Shown: positions 10,326-19,533 of the stretch, piece by piece
Position numbering within the stretch: position 1 is the stretch's first letter
Layout: each line of letters opens with the position of its first letter
Position numbers and translations under genes: made by a program
Notes under the pieces: model-generated
Databases searched by the model: none
What the model was told of the DNA's origin: nothing
The model's input: only the letters and a program-made list of their open reading frames with translations
NCBI GenBank assembly: GCA_000175855.1
Contig: ACYB01000042.1
Span: 120,001 to 152,000, forward strand
Origin: Raphidiopsis brookii D9
GTDB lineage: Bacteria > Cyanobacteriota > Cyanobacteriia > Cyanobacteriales > Nostocaceae
DNA: 32,000 nt
Direction of reading: 5' to 3'

Positions 10326-10357
10326 CAGTTTATAGCTTAGATGTGACAAGAGTTCAC

Positions 10358-10669
10358 TTAATTTATTTTAGAAGTTGAACATCGATAAACCTCACACAAA
10401 TTGGCTAGTACATCGATGAGTGTTAGTCTGTAGTCTAGCAAGGTTTCATCACTCCTCCCCTCTAATTTTAGCTGTTTAGAAAATTCGTCAATCAGCTCCA
10501 TGTGAATTTCTATAACCTGAGGCACGGGAATATTAGCACAAAACAGGGTACTGATAAACTGATCAATTTTTGTTTTCAAATTCTCGTCCACACTGAAATA
10601 GTTGAGCAAAATCTTCCCGTAATCCAACTTTAGCTTTTTTAATATTTCTTGTCTTTCTCCATCGGTCAT
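10358..10669 (-). CDS. kaiA: Circadian clock protein KaiA, short (C-terminal domain only) form
   Basis: 103 aa, upstream of kaiB in the same orientation; [93 protein letters not shown] matches the C-terminal KaiC-activating domain. Confidence 0.93.
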   Translation of the reverse strand: MTDGERQEILKKLKLDYGKILLNYFSVDENLKTKIDQFISTLFCANIPVPQVIEIHMELIDEFSKQLKLEGRSDETLLDYRLTLIDVLANLCEVYRCSTSKIN

Positions 10670-11265
10670 GTCTTGAAACTGTTGATTTGTGTGTGAGTTT
10701 TCACAAGCCAGAACAAGTGTGTAACCTTCTTTTTGATCAAGACCTAAGTATCTTTTTCTTTAATATAACTTAGTAAGTAAGTATTAGGTAGTTCTAATCC
10801 TGATATATTCTTGACAAAGAGATTACTAGTAAATACGCTTATAAATGAATCAGGCGCTAGACTTATAAGAGTGTTGATTAGATTATAATAGTGTGTAAAC
10901 AGACTATGAAGGAATTTTTCCAGTGCAGGATATAGGGATAATATAACTAATATCATTTATGTTAGTTTACTTGTATATTTGGTTAATATGGAGATAACCA
11001 TAGCCGCACTTTTCTCCCAAATGAAATCGCCAGCTCATACTCACTAAGATTACCACACTGATAAGATAAATAAACAAAATTGAAGTATTGTCTCAATATT
11101 AATCATTATAATTCCTCAAGGTTCTAAAACCAATATTTGGAGTAATAATTGTTTTAGCCATGACCGTTGCTGACGCAGTTCCTATGACATTGATGTGTTG
11201 GCAGTCAGTGACCCGGTCAAAGTGCGTGTGGATAATAACTACAGCAAAAAAGACCCCCAAGGCTT

Positions 11266-14200
11266 ATGTTAATGCTAGAATGCCCACTTTATGATTTTCT
11301 GGCAACTGTACCTACTTGCTCCGAAACAACTACTCTAGCAGTGGTTATGGAAATTTTTGCCAAGGAGCAGTGTGACCGTTTAGTGGTGCTGAATTCCCAA
11401 CATTCTCCCCTGGGAATGTTGTCCACCACTAAATTAATGGGTAAATTGTTGACCACTGGTGAAAAAACACTTTTAAATTTGGAACAACCTATCTCTAGCT
11501 GCCATTCTAATCTTATTTCTCCACTAGAGACTATTGTAGCATCCGCTTCCCTGAATAAACTGGGCCTGTTGTTACGCTATCCAAAACATCAAAAGAACTC
11601 AAGTTTAGACTGGGCCTTAATTGACTCAGATGGGAAATTTTTGGGTTTACTTGACAGTAAACGCCTATTAGCTTTTTTTACTAGCCATAGCAAGGTTGTT
11701 AGGGAAGACAATGCTCCCCAGAAAAATGATGATATCCAGAGGAAAACAACTCGCCCCTGGCAAAGAAATCCTTTTGTTCAATTGTTAGAGCGATTACCTT
11801 GGCCCTTGATGTTGCAAACTGGAAATGGTGAGATCCTGACTAAAAATCCTGCTTGGTGGGAACAATTGGGAGTTTTGAAAGATCCTGAAGGAATTAGAAT
11901 GCAGGTGGAAAGCATCTTAACAGCGGTTAAAATGCAAGTTCCACAACCCATTCATAATCATACCCATACCAGTGAATATGTAAAATCTAGTCTCTCCATA
12001 GAAAAATCTTTAGAAACAAATAAACTTAATTTAAAACATACACAAGATTATCAACCAGATAATTCCCCCAATTACTGCTATCTAGACTCTCAACAAGGTA
12101 CTTGTATCTGTGTGGTAGAAGTGCAGAATGGCCAGGAACGAATTTGGCAGTTTGCTAAAATCCCCCTAGATGGTCGAGAACTGAAAATCTGGGGTCCGGA
12201 ATCACAATTGACACTAACAAAGGAAAATTCACAACTTTTAACCAAGGACCTATGGTTAGTCTTGGCCACAGATGTGACTGAACAACAACAACTTTTTAAG
12301 GAATTGGCTGCTAAGAATGCGGATCTAATTCAACTTAACCGGTTAAAAGACGAATTCCTAGCTTGTATTAGCCATGAGTTAAAAACCCCCCTAACAGCAG
12401 TTTTGGGTTTATCAAGACTTTTAGTGGATAAGAATTTAGGAGAATTAAACGAACGACAAGCTCGGTATGCAGGACTCATTCATCAAAGTGGTCGTCATTT
12501 GATGAGTGTGGTGAATGATATTTTAGATTTGACACGCATGGAAACTGGACAGATGGAACTCACTCCATCCCCAGTACGAATTCAGGAAGTGTGCGATCGC
12601 GCCTTAACAGAAGCCAGAGCAGTACATACTCAAACAGGAAGAAAGGGTGAGTCATTGCCCAGTCATGAATTTAGCTTGACCATTGAACCGGGATTAAAAG
12701 AAATAGTGGCGGATGAACTAAGGTTAAGACAAATGTTAGTACATCTACTGGGCAATGCTTTCAAATTCACGGAAAGTTTTGGGAAAGTGGGACTGCGAGT
12801 AAATAGATGGGAAGGATGGATTGCTTTTACAGTATGGGATACGGGAATTGGTATTCCTGACCACCAACAACATTTAATCTTCCAAAAATTCCAACAGTTA
12901 GAAAACCCCCTAAATCGCCAGTTTGAGGGTACTGGGTTAGGATTAGTCCTCACCCGGGCATTGGCCAGATTACACGGGGGAGATGTAAGTTTTTTATCTC
13001 GTGAAGGCAAAGGTAGTCAATTTACCTTATTATTGCCACCCTCCCCGCCAAAAACAAGTTTTACAGACACATCGGGGGGAAATGGGGAAACACCCCAATT
13101 AATATCTTCCCAGCGTTTAATTTTGATTGTGGAAGCAGTCAGTAGATATATAGAGGAAATCACCCAACATCTGAAAAGTTTGGGATATCGGGTAGTAATT
13201 GCTCGTTCTGGAACTGAAGCGCTAGAAAAAGCAAGACGATTACAACCGAAAACTATATTTTTAAATCCTCTACTACCCCTGCTTTCTGGTTGGGACGTGC
13301 TAACTCTGCTAAAGTCAGACAGTGCGACTCGACACATTCCCGTAATTATTACGGCTACAGGTGCAGAAAAAGAACAGGCTTACTTAAATAGAGCGGATGA
13401 TTTTTTGAGTTTACCAGTGGAATATTCAGCTATGGTTCCCATAGTAGAAAGATGGTGTATGGTGGCAAAATCAGAAAAGATAGATTCCCCGTCGGAGGAA
13501 CCCTTACCCACACAAAAAACCTTAAAAATCCTTAGACTAGTTAGTGCAGAATCGGAGTCCAATCCCCATCCCTCTTTAACAGAGCATCGGGTAATAGAAG
13601 TGGATGATTTAGAACAGGCGGAAATTTTGGCCAGGGTATGGCAATTTGATGTGATTTTGTTAGATACTAATAATGTCAATGCCCAAAAGTATTTACAGCA
13701 GTTATCTCAATATCCCAGATTGGCCAAAATACCTCTAGTTACCTGTGATGCGGCCACCACCTTAGCAGCATCTCAAATACCTGGTTTAGGAGTGTTTCCC
13801 TGCTTGACACCTATGGGCAAAGAAACAATACATAGTAATAATTTAGATCATTTAGTTTCCGTATTGGAAATTGCCTCTGGTATTGGTTGTCCGCCAAATA
13901 TATTAGTAGTGGATATAACCATGTTAAGTGATTTGCCTGATGTGAACATTAAACACGCTCATAGTAGACTAAGTAATATTCGGAAACCAGACTCTACCCA
14001 ATATTCTTTGAAGGATATGATGCAGTCACAGAAGGTTGTGGCAAAGCAAAACTCTACAAATAAGAGTCAATCAGGTGGAGAATGGTTCCAAGCACTGATT
14101 CAATATTTACAAACTGCAGGTTTTAAGGCGGGGATAGGTAATTGTTGGCGGGAGTTAGTGCAACAAATCATTCACCAGAGTGTTGATTTGATATTACTCT

Positions 14201-14436
14201 GTATTGGAGAAGCTGCAGCAAGTCAGGAAATAGAAAATGTATTAAATTCCCTTGCAAATTTCCAGGTGAAGTTACCTCCGATTTTGGTGCTTGATAAAAG
14301 GACAAGTCATATTAACGTGAATTTATTGGGAGGGTTGGGCAACCTGAATCGGGGTGTTACTACTCAGCTATTACCTCGTTCTATTTCTATGGAAGATTTA
14401 TTATCCGAGATTAATCAGGCCTTGGAAAAAGAATGA
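11266..14436 (+). CDS. Hybrid sensor histidine kinase: N-terminal CBS-pair-like region, PAS-like segment, HisKA (His370), HATPase_c, then degenerate receiver-like segments
   Basis: 1056 aa; DEFLACISHELKTPLTAVLGLSRLLVD (HisKA), LRLRQMLVHLLGNAFKFTE..VWDTGIGIPDHQQHLIFQKFQQLE..EGTGLGLVLTRALARLHGG (HATPase), followed by receiver-like blocks RLILIVEAVSRYIEE..IFLNPLLPLLSGWDVL, FDVILLDTNNVNAQ and VDLILLCIGEA. Confidence 0.88.
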   Translation: MLMLECPLYDFLATVPTCSETTTLAVVMEIFAKEQCDRLVVLNSQHSPLGMLSTTKLMGKLLTTGEKTLLNLEQPISSCHSNLISPLETIVASASLNKLGLLLRYPKHQKNSSLDWALIDSDGKFLGLLDSKRLLAFFTSHSKVVREDNAPQKNDDIQRKTTRPWQRNPFVQLLERLPWPLMLQTGNGEILTKNPAWWEQLGVLKDPEGIRMQVESILTAVKMQVPQPIHNHTHTSEYVKSSLSIEKSLETNKLNLKHTQDYQPDNSPNYCYLDSQQGTCICVVEVQNGQERIWQFAKIPLDGRELKIWGPESQLTLTKENSQLLTKDLWLVLATDVTEQQQLFKELAAKNADLIQLNRLKDEFLACISHELKTPLTAVLGLSRLLVDKNLGELNERQARYAGLIHQSGRHLMSVVNDILDLTRMETGQMELTPSPVRIQEVCDRALTEARAVHTQTGRKGESLPSHEFSLTIEPGLKEIVADELRLRQMLVHLLGNAFKFTESFGKVGLRVNRWEGWIAFTVWDTGIGIPDHQQHLIFQKFQQLENPLNRQFEGTGLGLVLTRALARLHGGDVSFLSREGKGSQFTLLLPPSPPKTSFTDTSGGNGETPQLISSQRLILIVEAVSRYIEEITQHLKSLGYRVVIARSGTEALEKARRLQPKTIFLNPLLPLLSGWDVLTLLKSDSATRHIPVIITATGAEKEQAYLNRADDFLSLPVEYSAMVPIVERWCMVAKSEKIDSPSEEPLPTQKTLKILRLVSAESESNPHPSLTEHRVIEVDDLEQAEILARVWQFDVILLDTNNVNAQKYLQQLSQYPRLAKIPLVTCDAATTLAASQIPGLGVFPCLTPMGKETIHSNNLDHLVSVLEIASGIGCPPNILVVDITMLSDLPDVNIKHAHSRLSNIRKPDSTQYSLKDMMQSQKVVAKQNSTNKSQSGGEWFQALIQYLQTAGFKAGIGNCWRELVQQIIHQSVDLILLCIGEAAASQEIENVLNSLANFQVKLPPILVLDKRTSHINVNLLGGLGNLNRGVTTQLLPRSISMEDLLSEINQALEKE

Positions 14437-16244
14437 CTCTTTTTTATGGGTGGTAAAGGTAGACGAATCAGATGGTAGACACCTTTTTTAGCAATGGGTT
14501 TATAGTTTTCTAGTGGTAAACTCATGGTCACGAATTCTTGCTGTTCCAATAAAAGCAGTAAGGAGTGTGAATTTTTAGTAGTGACACTTTGGGTGTGAAT
14601 GTAATCCAACGCCTCTTGTGCATCCTTAAGATAGGTGACTGCTTTTCGGGAATAAAAACTTACGGTTGGTTTTCGAAAACCTACCATGACTAATTCCTCA
14701 TGGGGTTTTATTTCAGACACAGCAAGTGCAGATAGCTGTCTTAAAGGAGCTTGACGTTGTTCATCCATCATAAATAATGCGGGTATAAGTACAAGTGCTA
14801 GAAATATTACAAATGCTAGAATATTGATAGCAAGAACTGTTTTATAACTACGAATTAAGTTTAAACAGGCAACCGCAATAGCTGCAATCAACCAAATCCA
14901 CCCTCCCAGGTTAGTTAAACCTGAATGTTGTAGTTGTTGATAAAATTCAGGAGCAGCTGAATCTGTACCTAAAAGTTGTAAAACATGAAGTAGGGCGATC
15001 GCAATGGTTAATAGAAAGGCAACATTTGCCCAACTGCTGAGACGAAAAGATTTATCAGTTGGTTTATGAGTAAATAAGTCACTACTAAACAAACCTATAA
15101 GAATACCCGCAGCTGGCATAAGGGGTAATACATAACTAGGAAGTTTTGTGGTAGCAATGGTGAAGAAGATAAATACACCTAGGAACCAAAAACAGGCAAA
15201 CAAACCCAAGTGTTGAGAACGTTCTTGTGATATGATATGGGAGCGCCAGGGGTTCTGCCAAAATTTCCACCCCATGAATTTGATTAAAGCTGCTGGGAGA
15301 AATACAGAGTAGGGTAGAAAACCAAATAACACCACTAGGAAATAAAAATACCAAGGAGCTGAATGACCGTTGACCACCTCTGTGAAACGTTCTATGTTGT
15401 GATAACCAAAGAAGGTATTAATAAAGTTCCATCCATTACGCCAGGTTACTAAAATATACCAAGGGGCATTAATGATTAGAACAATGAATATACCAAGAAC
15501 TGGTTGAGCTTCTTGCCATAGCTGTTTAAACTTGCCCAGATATAAAGCAAAGGCAATGAGAATGAGTCCGGGGAGAACTATACCTACGGGTCCTTTGGTG
15601 AGAACCGCTGCACCCATTAAAATATAACTGGTGACATACCATGGATTAGGCCAGCGGGAGGGGTGAGAATTCTGAGCATAACCCACAAAAAAACTGAGTA
15701 AAGAACAAGCAATACCACCAGTGAGTAGCATATCTGAAACCCCTACCCTCCCCCAAACAATCATTTCTGGGTTGAGAGCTATCATACCCGATGTCAGGGT
15801 AGCTATGAAATAACGACGAGGAAGGTTATTTGTTTGGTCTAATCGGTCTTTTTCAGTGAAGTGCCACTGCACCACATAAAAAGCCATAATCGTGACCGCA
15901 ATAGCAGCTAAGGCTGAGGGTAGGCGTACAGCCCATTCATTGACACCCATAATCTTATAAGCGATCGCCTGGAACCAATAAATTAAAGCTGGCTTATCAA
16001 ACCGTGTTTGACCATCGAAAAAAGGTGTGATCCAATCTCCGGTGATTAACATCTGTCGGGATGCTTCAGCAAACAATGGCTCAGTTTCATCTATTAGTCC
16101 CACACTTCCTAGATTCCATATAAACGCAATAAAATTAATTCCTAACAACCAGATTAGGGTAAAAGTTTTTATTAATATGGAATTATCTCTCATGTTTTGA
16201 AACCAATCCCTTATAGGAGATAAGTTAATTAATCTCAGTATCAT
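14415..16244 (-). CDS. GT39/ArnT-like polyprenyl-linked-sugar glycosyltransferase, integral membrane
   Basis: 609 aa, multi-pass; LGSVGLIDETEPLFAEASRQMLITGDWITPFFDGQTRFDKPALIYWFQAIAYKIMGVNEWAVRLPSALA is the characteristic N-terminal loop. The true start may be the internal MRDNSILIK. Confidence 0.9.
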   Translation of the reverse strand: MILRLINLSPIRDWFQNMRDNSILIKTFTLIWLLGINFIAFIWNLGSVGLIDETEPLFAEASRQMLITGDWITPFFDGQTRFDKPALIYWFQAIAYKIMGVNEWAVRLPSALAAIAVTIMAFYVVQWHFTEKDRLDQTNNLPRRYFIATLTSGMIALNPEMIVWGRVGVSDMLLTGGIACSLLSFFVGYAQNSHPSRWPNPWYVTSYILMGAAVLTKGPVGIVLPGLILIAFALYLGKFKQLWQEAQPVLGIFIVLIINAPWYILVTWRNGWNFINTFFGYHNIERFTEVVNGHSAPWYFYFLVVLFGFLPYSVFLPAALIKFMGWKFWQNPWRSHIISQERSQHLGLFACFWFLGVFIFFTIATTKLPSYVLPLMPAAGILIGLFSSDLFTHKPTDKSFRLSSWANVAFLLTIAIALLHVLQLLGTDSAAPEFYQQLQHSGLTNLGGWIWLIAAIAVACLNLIRSYKTVLAINILAFVIFLALVLIPALFMMDEQRQAPLRQLSALAVSEIKPHEELVMVGFRKPTVSFYSRKAVTYLKDAQEALDYIHTQSVTTKNSHSLLLLLEQQEFVTMSLPLENYKPIAKKGVYHLIRLPLPPIKKSHSFSKA

Positions 16245-16303
16245 AAATTCAGAACCCGCAAATACAAACTAAAGACGAATTGAGATATTGGAGCAAAACA
16301 CGT

Positions 16304-16327
16304 AATTAAGCAATTAAGCAATTAAGG
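16304..16327. repeat. Short direct tandem repeat, 3 x 8 bp (AATTAAGC, AATTAAGC, AATTAAGG)
   Basis: Direct reading: gt-aattaagc-aattaagc-aattaagg-gac. Confidence 0.9.
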
Positions 16328-16878
16328 GACAAGTGTTAATTGCCATTCTCCAGTTTTGGGATCCCATAATGGACCAGAGGTTTCCCCCACAATATACGGT
16401 CCCCAATAACGTCGTGAGCCATCTTGAGCAAAAGCTACTAAAATATCCCCTTTTCCAGTTTTAAACTACCTTCTGGTAAGGACAATATTAAACCTCCCTG
16501 ACTACCTTCCTGGGGAGCAAAGTCCCAATGAGCAGGAATTAAACCTTTTTTCCCTGAAGAGGAGGATGGGGAATGTCGTAACAACAAGGCTAAACGAATT
16601 GGTTGATATGTCTTATTACTGATGCGTAAGTTGCCAAATTTGCTCTTCTCCAGTGTCCGGTTACTAGTTATTTTAGGTTCAACCCGCTGCAACTGGGGAC
16701 TTGGTGTAGCTGTATGATTTTCCAAAAATGGTGATTTCTCTGGTGCTTGCGACATACTATCGGAGGGTTGGGAATCAAAGGACACAGTGAGTCCTAAACA
16801 TCCCCCCAGTAGCCCTAGCATAGCTAATGTAAAAGTTATAACTGTAAATTTAAGCTGTCCTGGGGATTTGAGAATCAT
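16322..16878 (-). pseudogene. Conserved hypothetical secreted/lipoprotein-like protein, frame broken by an apparent 1-nt deletion in the A4G4 run near 16451-16458
   Basis: ORF 16438..16878(-) starts MILKSPGQLKFTVITFTLAMLGLLGGCLG (lipobox-like) and ends LKLEKGIF*. The other frame continues LEKGDILVAFAQDGSRRYWGPYIVGETSGPLWDPKTGEWQLTLVP* and stops at 16322-16324. Confidence 0.65.
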
Positions 16879-16929
16879 AGTTTTCAGTAATAGTTTGCGA
16901 ATAGTAGTTAGACATTAGATAATTAATTC

Positions 16930-17292
16930 TTGTCCCATTTCATTCATCCCCCAATCTATATGCAGAATACTCGTCTTAACAATTTGTTAGATACCATTGC
17001 CACAAATGTGGCACAATGGTTCGTTAACCCTTGGCGACGATTATGTCTGTTGTTGATTAGTTGGCTATTTGGTTTTTTTTTGGGATCAGTAGTTTCCACC
17101 ACCGCAGGACAACAAGCTCAACTGGATATATGGGCCGCTGCTGTCTTGGTTTTACTGACGGAAGTTGCCAGCAGATTGTTCTATAGTCGTGGTTTTTTTT
17201 CTCAACGAGCCATTTGGGTCGAATCCCTCAATTGGCTCAAGATTGGTTTAATATATAGTCTGTTTTTAGAGGCCTTCAAATTGGGTTCCTAG
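16930..17292 (+). CDS. DUF565 / Ycf20-like membrane protein
   Basis: 120 aa; TRLNNLLDTIATNVAQWFVNPWRRLCLLLISWLFGFFLGSVVSTTAGQQAQLDIWAAAVLVLLTEVASRLFY is typical Ycf20. Start may be MQNTRLNN. Confidence 0.8.
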   Translation: MSHFIHPPIYMQNTRLNNLLDTIATNVAQWFVNPWRRLCLLLISWLFGFFLGSVVSTTAGQQAQLDIWAAAVLVLLTEVASRLFYSRGFFSQRAIWVESLNWLKIGLIYSLFLEAFKLGS

Positions 17293-17331
17293 GGTAGAAA
17301 GTTGTTTTCAGTAAGTTCGTGAGTATCAGTT

Positions 17332-18411
17332 ATGAGCAACACTTGGCTCAGTCAGGTCTCACTGGCAAGTTTACTTGCGGGTGAAAGGGGAGATTGGCAG
17401 GTATTAGCACAAGAAGCTAGGGAATGGGAAGCTGGGGCAAAGCTATTTGGCATTACCCCTGAGAATGTAAATCAGGTTATGGAAGAGCGATTATCTCTTC
17501 TTAGGTGTGTTTTTCCGGATTTTAAGCAACTGTGCGAAAATAACCTGCAAGTACCCACCCAAACCATGTTACAGGCATTATGGGAGTTATGGCTACCCCT
17601 GGGGGCAAAAATTGCCTCAAGCAGAAAAAGTTTAGGGAGGGCTATGATTCAGGGGATTTTAGGTCCCCAGGGCACGGGTAAAACCACAATGTGCCAGATT
17701 CTCAACCTGGTTCTCCGACACTTGGGATACTCGAGTTTAAGTCTATCATTGGATGATTTGTATAAAACTCACAACGATCGCCTGAAGTTAAGAGAGCAAG
17801 ACCCCCGATTAATTTGGCGAGGTCCACCAGGAACCCATGATATTCACCTAGGTTTAGGTCTACTGGATCAGATTCTCCAAAACAAGTTTCCGGTGACAGT
17901 TCCCCGCTTTGATAAATCAGCCCTTTTTGGAATGGGCGATCGCACTACCCCAGAAATAATAGATCAAGTTGATATAGTGTTATTTGAAGGTTGGTTTGTG
18001 GGAGTGTTACCCATTGATCCAGAAATATTTACTAATGCACCACCACCGATTATCACTCCGGAAGATCAGGCTTTTGCCCGTGATAGGAACCAGCAGTTAG
18101 CAGATTATGTACCTCTGTGGCAAAAACTAGATAGTTTAATAATACTTAAACCAACTGATTACAGATTTTCTTTAAAGTGGCGTAAAGAAGCAGAACATAA
18201 AATGATTGCTGGGGGTTTTTCAGGTATGAACGATGCACAAATAGAAGAATTTGTCAAGTATTTTTGGCGATCATTACACCCGGAATTATTTATGGAACCC
18301 CTAATAAAAACATCCCCAAAATCATTGCCAGTAGATTTGGTAATAGAAGTTAAGGAGGATCATTCATTAAGTTACGGTGGAGGACTAAACCATCTTCCAT
18401 TTCCAGAATAG
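17332..18411 (+). CDS. glyK: Glycerate kinase (cyanobacterial D-glycerate 3-kinase type, P-loop)
   Basis: 359 aa; ILGPQGTGKTTMCQILNLVLRHLGYSSLSLSLDDLYKTHNDRLKLREQDPRLIWRGPPGTHDIHLGLGLLDQIL. Confidence 0.85.
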   Translation: MSNTWLSQVSLASLLAGERGDWQVLAQEAREWEAGAKLFGITPENVNQVMEERLSLLRCVFPDFKQLCENNLQVPTQTMLQALWELWLPLGAKIASSRKSLGRAMIQGILGPQGTGKTTMCQILNLVLRHLGYSSLSLSLDDLYKTHNDRLKLREQDPRLIWRGPPGTHDIHLGLGLLDQILQNKFPVTVPRFDKSALFGMGDRTTPEIIDQVDIVLFEGWFVGVLPIDPEIFTNAPPPIITPEDQAFARDRNQQLADYVPLWQKLDSLIILKPTDYRFSLKWRKEAEHKMIAGGFSGMNDAQIEEFVKYFWRSLHPELFMEPLIKTSPKSLPVDLVIEVKEDHSLSYGGGLNHLPFPE

Positions 18412-18465
18412 GATTATGCATGGATAACCAATAGAAATGTAGATTTATAACAAATCTTCCGAAAA

Positions 18466-19533
18466 ATGACTAAAACCCATTCCATTCCCCGTTTAGCAAT
18501 CACTCAGGGCGATCCAGCTGGTATCGGTTCCGAGGTGATTTTAAAAGCTCTGGCCAATCCCCAACTCCATAAAAACTGCCATTTAGTAGTGGTTGGCAAT
18601 CGTGATTTACTGACTAGGACTTATGAAAATTTAACCTCTGTCACAGAAAAGACTGACCCACTTTTACCCAATCCCCGTCAATTGGATATTATTAATGTGG
18701 ATCTACCCAGTCCCACACACATTATCCCTGGAGTGGGTAATCAAGCTAGTGGTGCAGCTAGTTTTGCTTATATGGAATGGGCGATCGCTCAAACTTTAGC
18801 AGGTGAATTTGATGGGATTGTTACTGCTCCCATTGCTAAATCCGCTTGGAAAGCTGCTGGCCACAATTATCCCGGACAAACCGAACTTCTGGCTCAAAGA
18901 GCAGGTATAGACCGTTTTGGTATGCTATTTGTCGGGCGATCGCCCTTTACTGGTTGGACTTTAAGAACATTATTAGCTACCACCCACATTCCCATAAACC
19001 AAGTATGTCAAACCCTAACACCAGAGTTATTAACGGGAAAGTTAGATTTATTAGAGGAGTGTTTAGCAACAGACTTTGGGATTAAAACAGGTAAAATAGT
19101 GGTTGCGGGTTTAAATCCCCACAGTGGAGAGATGGGACAATTAGGGACAGAAGAAATAGATTGGTTGATTCCCTGGTTACAAAGAGAAAGGGAAAAACGA
19201 CCACATTTACAACTGGAAGGACCAATACCACCGGACACAATGTGGGTAAAACCCGGTCAGGCCTGGTACGGTCATTCTTTAGTTACAAATCCTGCTGATG
19301 GCTACTTAGCTCTTTATCACGACCAGGGTTTAATTCCAGTTAAATTAATGGCCTTTGACCGAGCTGTTAATACCACTATCGGGTTACCATTTGTCAGAAC
19401 TTCACCAGATCATGGAACTGCTTTTGATATTGTTGGTAAAGGGATTGCTGATGGAACCAGTATGCAAGCAGCTATAGAATTAGCTATAGAATTAGTAAAT
19501 CAAAGACTGGGATCTTTAAGGCAAATCGAATAA
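18466..19533 (+). CDS. pdxA: 4-hydroxythreonine-4-phosphate dehydrogenase PdxA
   Basis: 355 aa; [19 protein letters not shown]; [28 protein letters not shown]; ATTHIPI; [18 protein letters not shown]; [45 protein letters not shown]. Confidence 0.95.
   Translation: MTKTHSIPRLAITQGDPAGIGSEVILKALANPQLHKNCHLVVVGNRDLLTRTYENLTSVTEKTDPLLPNPRQLDIINVDLPSPTHIIPGVGNQASGAASFAYMEWAIAQTLAGEFDGIVTAPIAKSAWKAAGHNYPGQTELLAQRAGIDRFGMLFVGRSPFTGWTLRTLLATTHIPINQVCQTLTPELLTGKLDLLEECLATDFGIKTGKIVVAGLNPHSGEMGQLGTEEIDWLIPWLQREREKRPHLQLEGPIPPDTMWVKPGQAWYGHSLVTNPADGYLALYHDQGLIPVKLMAFDRAVNTTIGLPFVRTSPDHGTAFDIVGKGIADGTSMQAAIELAIELVNQRLGSLRQIE

Noticed and set aside
10744-10956. 70-aa ORF (-) upstream of kaiA
   Set aside because: No similarity to the KaiA N-terminal domain or any family I recognise; AT-rich and probably non-coding.
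12663-13679. Minus-strand ORFs of 115, 106 and 99 aa inside the kinase gene
   Set aside because: They are antisense shadow ORFs of the kinase coding sequence.
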